A DNA stretch of 64,000 bases from a virus: the IMG/VR virus record IMGVR_UViG_3300046170_000289; one strand, 5' to 3'. Below, piece after piece: positions 46,553 to 56,159 of the stretch. A model generated the notes under the pieces. It worked only from the letters and a program-made list of their open reading frames with translations, was not told where the DNA came from and did no database searches. Position numbers and translations under genes: made by a program. The first letter of the stretch is position 1; each line of letters begins with the position of its first letter.

Positions 46553-46981
46553 CTACTTAGAGTTCTTCCACTGATCCTCTAGTCTCTTTCTCATTTCTGA
46601 GACTTTACCGACTAGACCCATGTTTTCATTCATGGGGACTCCTGGGTCCTGATCATCTTCTAGTTTGCCGTCTTTCCTCCACCACATTTTGTACATCATG
46701 ATTGCCTCGGTGGACATCGGGGCGATGGTCATGATATCTGGCTCTTGGATAATATAAAATTCTTCATCTGACCATAACATCCACTTAGTAAAACCTGCTG
46801 CTAGACCCATCTCACCATCGGGTTTCTCTATAGGGGTGAGAGTAGGTGACAGAGGGTCAGACACATACACCATTGTGCAGTTGTCTTCATTCGTGGCGAT
46901 CATGGTTCCCATAACTTCTTCACCAGACACCAACTTGACGATGCCGTAGAATTCGTTGTCGTGACGGATGTAGTTAATCAT
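46553..46981 (-). CDS. Conserved hypothetical protein, Sm-like candidate
   Basis: IVKLVSGEEVMG motif. Confidence 0.75.
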   Translation of the reverse strand: MINYIRHDNEFYGIVKLVSGEEVMGTMIATNEDNCTMVYVSDPLSPTLTPIEKPDGEMGLAAGFTKWMLWSDEEFYIIQEPDIMTIAPMSTEAIMMYKMWWRKDGKLEDDQDPGVPMNENMGLVGKVSEMRKRLEDQWKNSK

Positions 46982-48438
46982 TGTCGTAAATTTACCTTAG
47001 TGATTTCATAATCAAATTTCTCTTCATCATAGATTTTCAATCTTTCTATGAGGTGTCGGAGAGTATAGTTGTGCCTGTTACCTCGGGAGCAGTCATCAGC
47101 AATGTCATACAACACTGCTTGTGCTTTGTTATCCCCCTTACGCAAGACACGTCCAATAGACTGGAGGTTTCTTACTCGTGATTTAGATGGACTCGCAAAG
47201 ATTACATTATGTAGGTTGCGAATGTTGATGCCTGTAGAGAATGTGCCGTAAGATGCAAGGATGATTGCATCGGTTTCCTGCTCACAGATCTTGCGAGCCT
47301 CTTCTCTTTCAACAGCATCGACACCACCATGGATAAAAAAGATCTTACGATCTTTACTCACCTTAGTATTTAGCATCTCCCATAGAGGGTCACCGTGCTT
47401 CTCGATGTAGTTGAATAGGATGAGTGTATTGCCACCTATGTCTTCTGCTAGGTTACAAATTAGGTTATTTCTCTTGGGATGTGATACTATATAATCCATC
47501 TCTTGCTGATAGGAATCGAATGGCACATGTCCATGCTGCAACAACAGACATTTTACTTTCAGTGGTGTCAGCTGTCCCTTTTTCATTAGATCGACAGTTG
47601 TGGTCACCCTATCACAGCGTCCGAATAGACCCTCCAGCACCAACTGATGACTATACATACCGTCTAATGTACCAGTCAACCCGATACGATAGCGTGCATC
47701 GTGACATTTATTCAGAATACCTGTCAGACTCTTCGCCTTATACAGGTGTGCTTCATCGCCAATGATTACATCAAATCTTTCAAAGAATTTCTTGGGCTCT
47801 TTGTATATGCTTTGCCATGTAGAGATGACTACAGGTGCTTCTACATACCTCTCCTGTCCACCCATGATCTGATGCACATACCCATCTGCATTCCACCCGT
47901 AGTCTTTGAAGTCTTGCGTTAATTGGGAGACTAGAGAGACTGTAGGCACGATGATTAGGATCTCTCGCTCCGCCTTGAGATGCCAGCGGACCAGACCATA
48001 AATGATCAGCGATTTTCCAGATCCTGTAGGCGAGAGTAGTAACTTGCGACGCTGCTTAATTGCCGTGAAAAGTGCTTTGAGTTGGTAGTCGCGAATCTTA
48101 AATGGCAATCCCAGAGATCTAACAAAAGACGCCACTGATTCTGGTGATACATAATCTTCTTCCTCGTTAGGTATGCCAAAATACTTGCTATCTTTGATAG
48201 CATATTCGTATCCCTTCTGGTCGAGATACTCTAAAAGGTAATCGTATAGACCAACATAGATCTCTCCTGTCCCTGGAGAGTACAATCTGATCTTACCGTC
48301 CCATACTTTCTTTCTATACTGTGGCATGAATTTAGCACCAGGCACTTCAAACTGGAAGTGCTCGCTTAATTCTTTATGGATGTGTTGCTCGCCTTCGACT
48401 TTGAGAAAAACTTCGTTCTTCTTCTCGATAGTAATCAT
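46978..48438 (-). CDS. uvsW: SF2 helicase
   Basis: SPTGSGKS, GDEAH, GLTGT, QSIGRVLR. Confidence 0.96.
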   Translation of the reverse strand: MITIEKKNEVFLKVEGEQHIHKELSEHFQFEVPGAKFMPQYRKKVWDGKIRLYSPGTGEIYVGLYDYLLEYLDQKGYEYAIKDSKYFGIPNEEEDYVSPESVASFVRSLGLPFKIRDYQLKALFTAIKQRRKLLLSPTGSGKSLIIYGLVRWHLKAEREILIIVPTVSLVSQLTQDFKDYGWNADGYVHQIMGGQERYVEAPVVISTWQSIYKEPKKFFERFDVIIGDEAHLYKAKSLTGILNKCHDARYRIGLTGTLDGMYSHQLVLEGLFGRCDRVTTTVDLMKKGQLTPLKVKCLLLQHGHVPFDSYQQEMDYIVSHPKRNNLICNLAEDIGGNTLILFNYIEKHGDPLWEMLNTKVSKDRKIFFIHGGVDAVEREEARKICEQETDAIILASYGTFSTGINIRNLHNVIFASPSKSRVRNLQSIGRVLRKGDNKAQAVLYDIADDCSRGNRHNYTLRHLIERLKIYDEEKFDYEITKVNLRQ

Positions 48439-48878
48439 CTGATTCCATAATACTTCACGATTTCGATAGTATTCTTGATAGCAAATCCACGACTGTCGAT
48501 CTGTTTAAGTATCCTATCAATACAATTTATACAAGTTTCAAGATAGTCTATTTTTTGCTGTGCTCTAGTGAGATCTGGGTCACTATCAATGTACACATTG
48601 AGGTCACCCTTTAACACCTTGAGTGCAAATGGTTTCTCTTTGTAGACTGTGGCAGGTGCTTTACCAGAATAGTATTCAAACTTCTCGCGCAGTAATACCT
48701 TGCGCTTTACCTCTGCTTCTGATAGCATCAGTTTGAATTGATTAATAAATTGCAAATACTTTGCATGGAGTCTGGGTGTTTCCATACTGTCGTTTGCCAA
48801 CAGCTCAGGTAACTCCCTGTGATCAAAGAATCTTTCAGAATCCTTTGCCCACATCTCCTCAATTTTGTCTAGATTCAT
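48435..48878 (-). CDS. uvsY: Recombination mediator
   Basis: LHAKY, EYYSGK, IKNTIE; position next to uvsW. Confidence 0.9.
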   Translation of the reverse strand: MNLDKIEEMWAKDSERFFDHRELPELLANDSMETPRLHAKYLQFINQFKLMLSEAEVKRKVLLREKFEYYSGKAPATVYKEKPFALKVLKGDLNVYIDSDPDLTRAQQKIDYLETCINCIDRILKQIDSRGFAIKNTIEIVKYYGIR

Positions 48879-49432
48879 TAAGTAAGTCGCTTATCACGGG
48901 TGTAGTTGACGGTATCCTGTATCTCAAAGCGCATGTAGTTGAAGGTAACTTGCGCCATGGCATACTCTGTGCCATCTATTGTAGCATTAAATTCTAGTGC
49001 ATTCAACCCAGTAGGAATCAGACCCTCAAACTGGACGTTGAAATTCATTTTGAAGTTACTGTTGAGCACTGACAACGTTGCGTCAGCATACAGGTCATCA
49101 TTACCAAAGAGTGCGACCATCTTGTTTCTAAAGTCACGTCTCTCTATAGTATCGTTTGGTGTGCCGAGAGCACGGATCCAGTTGTGCATGATCATATAGT
49201 TAGTCATGTCCTCATCTACAAGGAATGACAACGTAAAAGGATCGTACGTCATAAAACCCTCCAGAGGTAGTGCTCTGTAGGGTGTAGGTTGCTGTTGGAT
49301 ACCTAATGTGATCTGTGGGATATTCGCAGACTGTGCAAAGTATGCGACCTTAGGATACTTGGCAAGAGTAAACCTAAACCCAATAGGTGACAGGAAATTC
49401 CTGTTTTCAATTTGTTTATTCCACGTTGCCAT
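48878..49432 (-). CDS. 3: Tail completion protein (T4 gp3)
   Basis: NRNFLSPIGF, SANIP, FLVDEDMTNY. Confidence 0.9.
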   Translation of the reverse strand: MATWNKQIENRNFLSPIGFRFTLAKYPKVAYFAQSANIPQITLGIQQQPTPYRALPLEGFMTYDPFTLSFLVDEDMTNYMIMHNWIRALGTPNDTIERRDFRNKMVALFGNDDLYADATLSVLNSNFKMNFNVQFEGLIPTGLNALEFNATIDGTEYAMAQVTFNYMRFEIQDTVNYTRDKRLT

Positions 49433-49456
49433 GTGTCTTAGGATATCTTGTCCTAG

Positions 49457-49464
49457 TATTTATA
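49457..49464 (-). promoter_or_regulatory. T4 late promoter
   Basis: Exact TATAAATA before gp3. Confidence 0.75.
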
Positions 49465-49669
49465 GCAAAGTATGTATATCTAACCAAGGGAATACGGGCT
49501 CTATGACTCCAATAAGTCGAAGCAGACCCTCAGCAAAAAGTGCAAGAACAATCCAGCCAACAATGACTGAGATAATTGAAGCATTACGATTATGTCGTCG
49601 TATTGCATCATCGATCATCTCCTTGCATTTTTCCTCCGTAATGTAGTGTGATGGTTTAATCTCTGCCAT
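49460..49669 (-). CDS. Small membrane protein
   Basis: MAEIKPSHY...DAIRRHNRNASIIS plus TM helix. Confidence 0.65.
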   Translation of the reverse strand: MAEIKPSHYITEEKCKEMIDDAIRRHNRNASIISVIVGWIVLALFAEGLLRLIGVIEPVFPWLDIHTLL

Positions 49670-49790
49670 CCTCATCGTTCCTAGTCCAGAAGTCTTCCCA
49701 GTCTTTGGCATCACCTTCTGTGATATTCTTAGACTTTTCTCCACGCTCTTTGGCGTCAAGGAAGTCATCGATGAAGTCGAGGTCTTTCAT
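49656..49790 (-). CDS. Small acidic protein (44 aa)
   Basis: Hand translation MKDLDFIDDFLDAKERGEK... Confidence 0.55.
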   Translation of the reverse strand: MKDLDFIDDFLDAKERGEKSKNITEGDAKDWEDFWTRNDEDGRD

Positions 49791-49951
49791 TCTGAATACT
49801 CTTGTAGATGTTCAAGTACTTTGTTGAGTGTGTGATGAGCACCATCGTGCCACTCACCATTCTCATGCTCATACTTACCATTATATAGCTCTGTCTTCAG
49901 CTTGTATATCTTGGCAAGGAGATCAACCTTTCGCATTCTAGCCCTAGGCAT
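49787..49951 (-). CDS. Small hypothetical protein (54 aa)
   Basis: Hand translation MPRARMRKVDLLAKIYKLK...; GAGG RBS. Confidence 0.6.
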   Translation of the reverse strand: MPRARMRKVDLLAKIYKLKTELYNGKYEHENGEWHDGAHHTLNKVLEHLQEYSE

Positions 49952-49983
49952 GTTACCCTCACATTATACAGGTATTTAACAAG

Positions 49984-50006
49984 AAAGCACCCGCTGAGGG
50001 TGCTTT
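49984..50006 (-). terminator. Intrinsic terminator
   Basis: AAAGCACCC-loop-GGGTGCTTT. Confidence 0.75.
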
Positions 50007-50031
50007 TATAGGGTTTACTGTTAGGACATTC

Positions 50032-50190
50032 TCATATAAGCAACTCCTTACAGATTTTTTTACAGGATGTATGATTTGAGATATCGCACTCAATTAAACA
50101 TTCATAGTAATCATTCAAGCTTTCCTCCTCTACAGTTTCCTGAAAGTGTCTCCACTCATTGAGTTGATTTCTTGATGTCAGATTGTGCAT
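50032..50190 (-). CDS. Small four-Cys protein (52 aa)
   Basis: Hand translation MHNLTSRNQLNEWRHFQETVEEESLNDYYECLIECDISNHTSCKKICKELLI. Confidence 0.65.
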   Translation of the reverse strand: MHNLTSRNQLNEWRHFQETVEEESLNDYYECLIECDISNHTSCKKICKELLI

Positions 50191-50337
50191 TTACCATACC
50201 TAGAAACAATTAAATTTTCATAATCAAGAAAGGTTTGGGTCCATTTGATCCTCCGATCTGCTACTACTACTTATGTTTGTTTTGATATCGTAACTAAGTT
50301 TCCTTACTTTTTAACGTAACTATACAGAGACAAAAAA

Positions 50338-50357
50338 AGAGACCCCGTAGGGTCTCT
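50338..50357 (-). terminator. Intrinsic terminator after gp23
   Basis: AGAGACCC-loop-GGGTCTCT followed by T7. Confidence 0.85.
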
Positions 50358-50377
50358 GTGAAGATTGTGATCTCTGA

Positions 50378-51739
50378 TCACATGAGGTTAGTAACCTTAA
50401 CACGTCTGTAGTAACGGTTAGCGTTAGCGGTGAGAGCACCTTGACCTTGAGTAAGACCTTCAGCGAATGGGTTAGCGACCATTCCGTAACGAGTCTTAAA
50501 TCCAATTTTTGGTTGGAAGGTATCAGGACCCACAGCGCGGACCATCTGGAGGGGCACATAAGGGCAGTAGAAGAGACCTGCGTCATAAGCACTGCTACCT
50601 TTGTAACCAGCCACATAGAAGTGAGCATCGGAAACGTTGGCAGAGTAAGGATCGACGTAGACCTTAATACGACCGTTGAGCGTACCAGCAAGGGTGCTGC
50701 TGTTGTCGTCGGGCAGCAGGTTGCTGTTACCAGACAGAGCAGGGGTGTAATCAAGCACACCAGCCATAGACAGGGCGGAAGCAACGTCTGCAGAGCAGAT
50801 GAGGATGTTGCCCTTTCCTCTACGAGTCTCGTGCCCGATAGCATTCATGTCTCTCTCAATTTGGAAGAGAAGACCTTTGAATTTCTCAACAGACCAGCGA
50901 CCGTTGGAGTCAACGTCGAGGTCAAACACACCTGCAGTTGCAGTGTTGTTCTGAGCGCCAGGACGAGCAATCTTGTAAACAGTACGGACAACCTCACGGT
51001 TGATCTCTGCCAGCACTTCAGTGCTGAGGATGTTTGCAAGCTCGCTTTCGGCATCCAGACCATGGACTGCCTTAAGGTCCTGAGCAAGCTCAAGACTGTA
51101 TTCTGCTTTCAGAGCTCTTGACTTCGCAGTAACGGTGACTTTCTCGATCGAGAAACCCATTTCGTTGAAGTGGTTAGAAGCGCCATCACCCAGTGCTTCA
51201 GACTGAGCAGTGGTCATACCTTGACCACCGATGGTGTACTGACCAGCACCATCAGCAAGCAGACCAGGATTAGATCCAGTCTGAGTGTTAGATGCAAGAC
51301 CGTTTGCGCTATTCTCGGAAGAATGCTCGGAGTTGACTTCGTTGAAGAAAGTCTCAACACCACTGTTAGCGATGTCTCTGTTGGTGCCCGTTGTGGAGCG
51401 CATTGCAAAGATCAGTCCAGTAGGACCAGTCATTGGTTGCACGCCGCAGATGTCATAAGCAATAAGCTTAGGCATGGAGCGTCTGATGAGGCTGATCAGC
51501 ACAGGGTCGAAACCTGCAACAGGACCAGTGGCAGTGCTGCCACCTGAGAAGCCAGTGCCGCCCAAGGAGTTAGTAGGAGCTGCTTCTGTTACCAGACCGC
51601 GCTCTTCCTTGAGGAATTTTTCTTGGTTCTCCAAGAGGACAGAGGTAACCGCCTTTCTGTAGGTATCCTTAATAGGATCGAGCTCATTGTGCTCAAGAAT
51701 GGGGTTCCACTTTTCCTGGAGTGATTCTGCGTTAAACAT
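50378..51739 (-). CDS. 23: Major capsid protein (T4 gp23)
   Basis: LISLIRR, GVQPMTGPTGLIFAMR, AKSRALKAEY, PKIGFKTRYG. Confidence 0.98.
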   Translation of the reverse strand: MFNAESLQEKWNPILEHNELDPIKDTYRKAVTSVLLENQEKFLKEERGLVTEAAPTNSLGGTGFSGGSTATGPVAGFDPVLISLIRRSMPKLIAYDICGVQPMTGPTGLIFAMRSTTGTNRDIANSGVETFFNEVNSEHSSENSANGLASNTQTGSNPGLLADGAGQYTIGGQGMTTAQSEALGDGASNHFNEMGFSIEKVTVTAKSRALKAEYSLELAQDLKAVHGLDAESELANILSTEVLAEINREVVRTVYKIARPGAQNNTATAGVFDLDVDSNGRWSVEKFKGLLFQIERDMNAIGHETRRGKGNILICSADVASALSMAGVLDYTPALSGNSNLLPDDNSSTLAGTLNGRIKVYVDPYSANVSDAHFYVAGYKGSSAYDAGLFYCPYVPLQMVRAVGPDTFQPKIGFKTRYGMVANPFAEGLTQGQGALTANANRYYRRVKVTNLM

Positions 51740-51770
51740 TTTAGACTCTTAGGTTAAATGAAAGGGTAAA

Positions 51771-52805
51771 TTACTTGTTCCAGCGAGAAATCGCTTGGGC
51801 ATATGCTGCCATAGCGTCTCCAACAGGAGCATTCTCAACTTCAACATCCTCAGTGACAGTAGTCGCTTCAGGTTTGGTAGAGAAATACGATTCACGGAGG
51901 GTAGAGACCTTCGCACGGAAAGACTCTTCATTTTCAAACTCAACAGCTTCCGCCAGGGATACAATCTTCTCGCGTTGAGCGAGCGATAGTCCCTCAGCGA
52001 TCTCTGTCACAATCCCATTCTTGATATAGGTGCCGACGCTCTTATTAAGCTCGACATTTTCTTCAATAGACTCGTTGAGTTTTGTTTCCATTACATCGAG
52101 TTGTGCCTGAATTTCTTCGACGACATCAACTTTTTCTTCGGGGAGATCAATATAGTTCTCCACGAAAACTTGCTTGAGACCTGTAAGCATGGACTCAGCC
52201 ATTTCGGTTTTGATACCTTGCTCAATGGCGAGCTCATTCTTAGTCATCCATTGACCAACCGCATAAGTCAGATACTCATCGACTTTTTCTGCGAGGTCGG
52301 ACTTAACAGACTCAATTTCTTCTTCAAGGACTTTAGCGTAGTCCTCGTGCATACGCTCCAACTCTTCGTTGATGCGAGATACGACTGCTGCTTCAAAGAT
52401 AGTCTTTGCTTTTTCTTTGAATTCTTCAGTCAACTCTTCACCTTCGGTAAGAGCTGCAACATCAGCAGACAGATCGACTTCGATCACAGTCTCCTGAGGC
52501 TCTTCAGCAATCACATCGCCCTCGGGCTCGTGACCTGCCTTCACATCACCCTTAGCAGCAAATTCTGCTTTAGCGCCAGAGGCGTCAGAGGGTTTGGTTG
52601 TGGGTGCAGCAGCATTTCCACCAGCAACAGTTTTATACTTATTGCTGTCATCCGTGGGCTTGCTATTCTGTGGGGTTGGACCACCGAGATCTTGTACTCC
52701 AGCGAGACTACTACCGTCAGCGCCCAGTTTGGGCTGTGGTTCGGCAGGTTTTGCGCCAGCGGTTACACTCGATTCATCCAGAGTTGTTTCAATCTCTTGT
52801 GACAT
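51771..52805 (-). CDS. 22: Prohead core scaffold (T4 gp22)
   Basis: Acidic coiled coil, IFEAAV, LRESYF; position. Confidence 0.92.
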   Translation of the reverse strand: MSQEIETTLDESSVTAGAKPAEPQPKLGADGSSLAGVQDLGGPTPQNSKPTDDSNKYKTVAGGNAAAPTTKPSDASGAKAEFAAKGDVKAGHEPEGDVIAEEPQETVIEVDLSADVAALTEGEELTEEFKEKAKTIFEAAVVSRINEELERMHEDYAKVLEEEIESVKSDLAEKVDEYLTYAVGQWMTKNELAIEQGIKTEMAESMLTGLKQVFVENYIDLPEEKVDVVEEIQAQLDVMETKLNESIEENVELNKSVGTYIKNGIVTEIAEGLSLAQREKIVSLAEAVEFENEESFRAKVSTLRESYFSTKPEATTVTEDVEVENAPVGDAMAAYAQAISRWNK

Positions 52806-52845
52806 TTTGTCTCCTGGTTTACAAACGTGCGATATTTGCTATAGT

Positions 52846-52853
52846 TATTTATA
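52846..52853 (-). promoter_or_regulatory. T4 late promoter
   Basis: Exact TATAAATA. Confidence 0.75.
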
Positions 52854-52855
52854 GA

Positions 52856-53503
52856 TTAAAGATTTTTGATGAAGGAGTGAAACGCGGAAAGTTTCAATTC
52901 ATCCAACTGATTACGGTGTGCGTTATCAATTCTCTCTTTAATCTGCTCGATTCTTTGCTCTTGGATTGCGCCTCCAGCATAGACCCACTCTTTTCCTTCC
53001 ATAATCCCGTTGACAAAAGCGTCAGGGGCAGAAGGATCTGCGACGATATCGGCAGCAGTGGCGAGCATAAAGTCATCAGCGACGACTTTGATACCACCTT
53101 CTTCCTTAATAGATCCAAGACCTCTGGAAGATACACCTAGTTTTACACCTTCGTCAAGAAGATTCTTCGCGATGTTACCCATAGGAGTATCGAGAAGTCT
53201 TGCCTTACCTACGAAGTTGTTACCCTCTCTTTGCAGAGAAGTGATAAGGTGAGACACGCGGTCAAGGTTAATAGTAGGACCATCGGGATGACCCAACTCA
53301 CCTAGTGCGCGACCTTTGGTAATGTATTGCTCGTTGTATTTAGCAACTTCCCTTTGTAGGGTTTCTGCACGATACATACGACCATTTCTGTTTTTGATTT
53401 CACCCTGCAAGAAAACGCCTTCGATAAAGTGACGCTTCGCGCCATTCTTACCTTCGACGATTGTTACCTTGGCGGATTCAATCTCCTCCCTGATTAGTCT
53501 CAT
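52856..53503 (-). CDS. 21: Prohead protease (T4 gp21)
   Basis: ALGELGHP, VSH, GVSSRGLG, DIVADPSAP. Confidence 0.96.
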   Translation of the reverse strand: MRLIREEIESAKVTIVEGKNGAKRHFIEGVFLQGEIKNRNGRMYRAETLQREVAKYNEQYITKGRALGELGHPDGPTINLDRVSHLITSLQREGNNFVGKARLLDTPMGNIAKNLLDEGVKLGVSSRGLGSIKEEGGIKVVADDFMLATAADIVADPSAPDAFVNGIMEGKEWVYAGGAIQEQRIEQIKERIDNAHRNQLDELKLSAFHSFIKNL

Positions 53504-53726
53504 CTGTCGTTTCCTCTGGTGGTGTATCAGTTACTTCGGTCTCTGCAGATGCTTCGACTTCAGGTGTTTCCTCGGGCTCCTTAAACATGGAGGATCCGAT
53601 TTCTTGTTTCTTTGCGTCAATTTGATCAACCGCTACTACTTTCATAGCAGAATCAACGTAGTCTGACAGATCTTTTTGACCTGCAAACAATGCGTTGACG
53701 ATCTCAAGCGCGGATTGGGTTGGCAT
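53478..53726 (-). CDS. Small acidic prohead core protein (gp67/68 position)
   Basis: Position between gp20 and gp21; acidic tail. Confidence 0.65.
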   Translation of the reverse strand: MPTQSALEIVNALFAGQKDLSDYVDSAMKVVAVDQIDAKKQEIGSSMFKEPEETPEVEASAETEVTDTPPEETTDETNQGGD

Positions 53727-53752
53727 AATTATTTAGAATTCAGTAATACTAT

Positions 53753-55387
53753 TTAGAAATCTCCTTTTTTACGATCCGCAGGATCGATTCCCTGCTGCGC
53801 GTATTGATCCATAGCTTGTTGCTGAGGGTCAACTGGCTCAGGTTGGAGGGACATTGCCATTTGCTCGACTTCCATTTGTGGCATTGTCATTGGGTCGATG
53901 ACCTTACCATCCGCAATCTCTCTTTCCATATCCTTATCAATGTCCTTAAACAAAGCATCAGGTTGCTTCAAGATCTGACGGCGCATGTATTCCAGCGAGA
54001 AGTATTTACCCACGAATGGGTCCATCTGCTGCAGAAGTGCCATACGAGCATTCATAATCTCCTGCTCTTTCAGCTCGGAGAAGTAGTTGTCTGCAATGAA
54101 ATCATATTGAATGTGCTCTTTAGCATCATCCCACTCTTCAGGTGTGAAGACACCTTTCAGAATAAGTTGAGTCTTGAGCAGATCATTAAACAGATCGCCA
54201 AACTTCTTGCGGAGTCTAACGACGAATTTTTGAAACTTAACTTCATCGCGAGTGATCTCTGCAGACCTACCAACGTTGAAAGAAGAGTCAGATTCCAGAC
54301 GTGACTCAGGCACATTCAGTGACCTGTAAAGTTTCTTCTGGAAATACTTTACGTCCTCAAGCTCTCCAAGATTTTGTCCACCTGGGAGCGTAGTGATTTC
54401 AGTACCTCGTCCACCCTCACGTCTTGGGAGCCAGAAGTCTTCGAGCATCGACATGAATTTCTTGTCGTCTCTGATTTCGCCTGTGTCTGCATTGTATACA
54501 AGTTTGTTTCTGTAGCGAGACATCACCTCACGGAGGTATTGCTCAGCTTTCTGTTTGGGTAGATTACCCACGTCAATATAGAAAATTCTACGCTCAGGAG
54601 CGCGAGACAATCTATAGATGACCAAGGAATCCTCAATCATTCTCAGCTGATTGAGTGCCTTAATTGCTTTATGTAGGTGCGACAACACATAGTTGCGCTG
54701 CATATCAAGTTGTCCTGAGTGGGCAAAACAAATTGCGTCAGGTGCAATCTTGATTCCATTATTTTCGTAACCGCGTAGACCCTTAGGAGCGTAAATATAA
54801 TACTCGATTGCCTTAGGAATCAGCACGTTAACCTGTGGATCTGCAGGTGAAATGCGATCCTTGGGTTTATCATACTCGATAACTTTTTTGATTTTGCGAG
54901 GATCAATATACCTCAACTCTGTAATCCCTTCCTTGGGATTATCAGGGTTAATCATCTTATGGTAGAAGAGGCGACCATCAATATACCATCTACGGAAGAT
55001 GTCATATGCCTTTCTATCAAAATCGAGGAGTGACAGTACGTTGTCAAACTCCTCGCGGATGCGTGTCTTCAAAGCATCAGACACTTTAAGATTAGAAAGC
55101 TCAATATCAACAGGGTGATCGTCAAGATCTCCAGCGATTGCCTCATTCACAATGTCATTAATTGCTGCATCCGCTTCTGGATGCAAAGACATTTCACGAT
55201 ACCGACCGATAAGATCGACATCGCTCGACTTGTTTGCCGAGTCTCCCAGATCAACATACTGACCAAAATGTCCACCAGCAGCAATGGGTTGCGCCGCGTC
55301 GTCATTGTCCTTATGCACGAAAGAAGGACCCTTCGCAGAGCCCTTACCTTTCTTTCGATCTAGGGAATAACCAAATAGTTGTGACAT
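53753..55387 (-). CDS. 20: Portal protein (T4 gp20)
   Basis: WYIDGR, YRLSRAPERRIFYIDVG, EDFWLPRREGGRGTE. Confidence 0.98.
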   Translation of the reverse strand: MSQLFGYSLDRKKGKGSAKGPSFVHKDNDDAAQPIAAGGHFGQYVDLGDSANKSSDVDLIGRYREMSLHPEADAAINDIVNEAIAGDLDDHPVDIELSNLKVSDALKTRIREEFDNVLSLLDFDRKAYDIFRRWYIDGRLFYHKMINPDNPKEGITELRYIDPRKIKKVIEYDKPKDRISPADPQVNVLIPKAIEYYIYAPKGLRGYENNGIKIAPDAICFAHSGQLDMQRNYVLSHLHKAIKALNQLRMIEDSLVIYRLSRAPERRIFYIDVGNLPKQKAEQYLREVMSRYRNKLVYNADTGEIRDDKKFMSMLEDFWLPRREGGRGTEITTLPGGQNLGELEDVKYFQKKLYRSLNVPESRLESDSSFNVGRSAEITRDEVKFQKFVVRLRKKFGDLFNDLLKTQLILKGVFTPEEWDDAKEHIQYDFIADNYFSELKEQEIMNARMALLQQMDPFVGKYFSLEYMRRQILKQPDALFKDIDKDMEREIADGKVIDPMTMPQMEVEQMAMSLQPEPVDPQQQAMDQYAQQGIDPADRKKGDF

Positions 55388-55412
55388 TCAACTGTCCCTA
55401 TACATTATCAAT

Positions 55413-55420
55413 TATTTATA
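55413..55420 (-). promoter_or_regulatory. T4 late promoter
   Basis: Exact TATAAATA. Confidence 0.75.
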
Positions 55421-55430
55421 CGCGACGAAA

Positions 55431-56108
55431 TCACGCATCAACAGTATTACCAGCGTTGTTATCGTTGGCGTATGTCCAGTACTGGACCTGGAATTCAACA
55501 GTATACTCTTCAGGAGTATCGTTGCTATCCCATGCAAGGTCGATTGCACTGATGTTTGAGGGCCAGATGCCAACAAACTGATACGATCTAACAACTCCAC
55601 CCTGTCTATCATACTGACGCACAAGTGCGCTAGACTGATATTCAGCGATGGTCTTAGGTGTCTGCAGGTTTTGCTGAAGGTTTTGGATCTTAGTAGACCA
55701 CTCTTCAAACTTAGAGCGCAGTGCAAATCCTTTGTCGTTAAGGACAGTAACTGTCCAAGGCTCAAAGGTTCTGTCGCCAGCGATCTTGAGTGTCCTACCT
55801 CTGTAAGGAACCTCGATCACACCCACTGTAGAAGCAGGAATGTTTGCTGCCTTCACAAGGAAGGTTGCGAGAGATCCAGATGAGGCAGATGATCCTGCCT
55901 GGGAAGCACCAGCAGTTTCCTGCTGACGCTTTTCTTGAGATCCAGGTGTGGCACCCGATGCGGGCGTGCCCTCATCGACGATGCCTGGGAAACCAATTTC
56001 CACTTGGAAAAGGTTGGGGCGGGCTAGGTCCCCGATTCTGTTTCTGAAGTCAAGGATTGGTGCATTGACCATCTTGCCTTCTGTCTGCCCTGGGTATTTG
56101 TCAGCCAT
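55431..56108 (-). CDS. 19: Tail tube protein (T4 gp19)
   Basis: ARPNLFQV, IAGDRTFEPW, GIWPSNIS. Confidence 0.95.
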   Translation of the reverse strand: MADKYPGQTEGKMVNAPILDFRNRIGDLARPNLFQVEIGFPGIVDEGTPASGATPGSQEKRQQETAGASQAGSSASSGSLATFLVKAANIPASTVGVIEVPYRGRTLKIAGDRTFEPWTVTVLNDKGFALRSKFEEWSTKIQNLQQNLQTPKTIAEYQSSALVRQYDRQGGVVRSYQFVGIWPSNISAIDLAWDSNDTPEEYTVEFQVQYWTYANDNNAGNTVDA

Positions 56109-56159
56109 TTTGGTGAAGTACTCCGATGTTTATGTAATGGGGGTTAGATGGTTAGATGA

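Noticed and set aside
50032-50190. CP12 identity for the four-Cys protein
   Set aside because: It lacks the AWD.VEEL core and CP12 cysteine spacing.
50270-50325. NtcA box upstream of the four-Cys ORF
   Set aside because: No GTA-N8-TAC with a properly spaced -10; the best match is GGA-N8-TAC.
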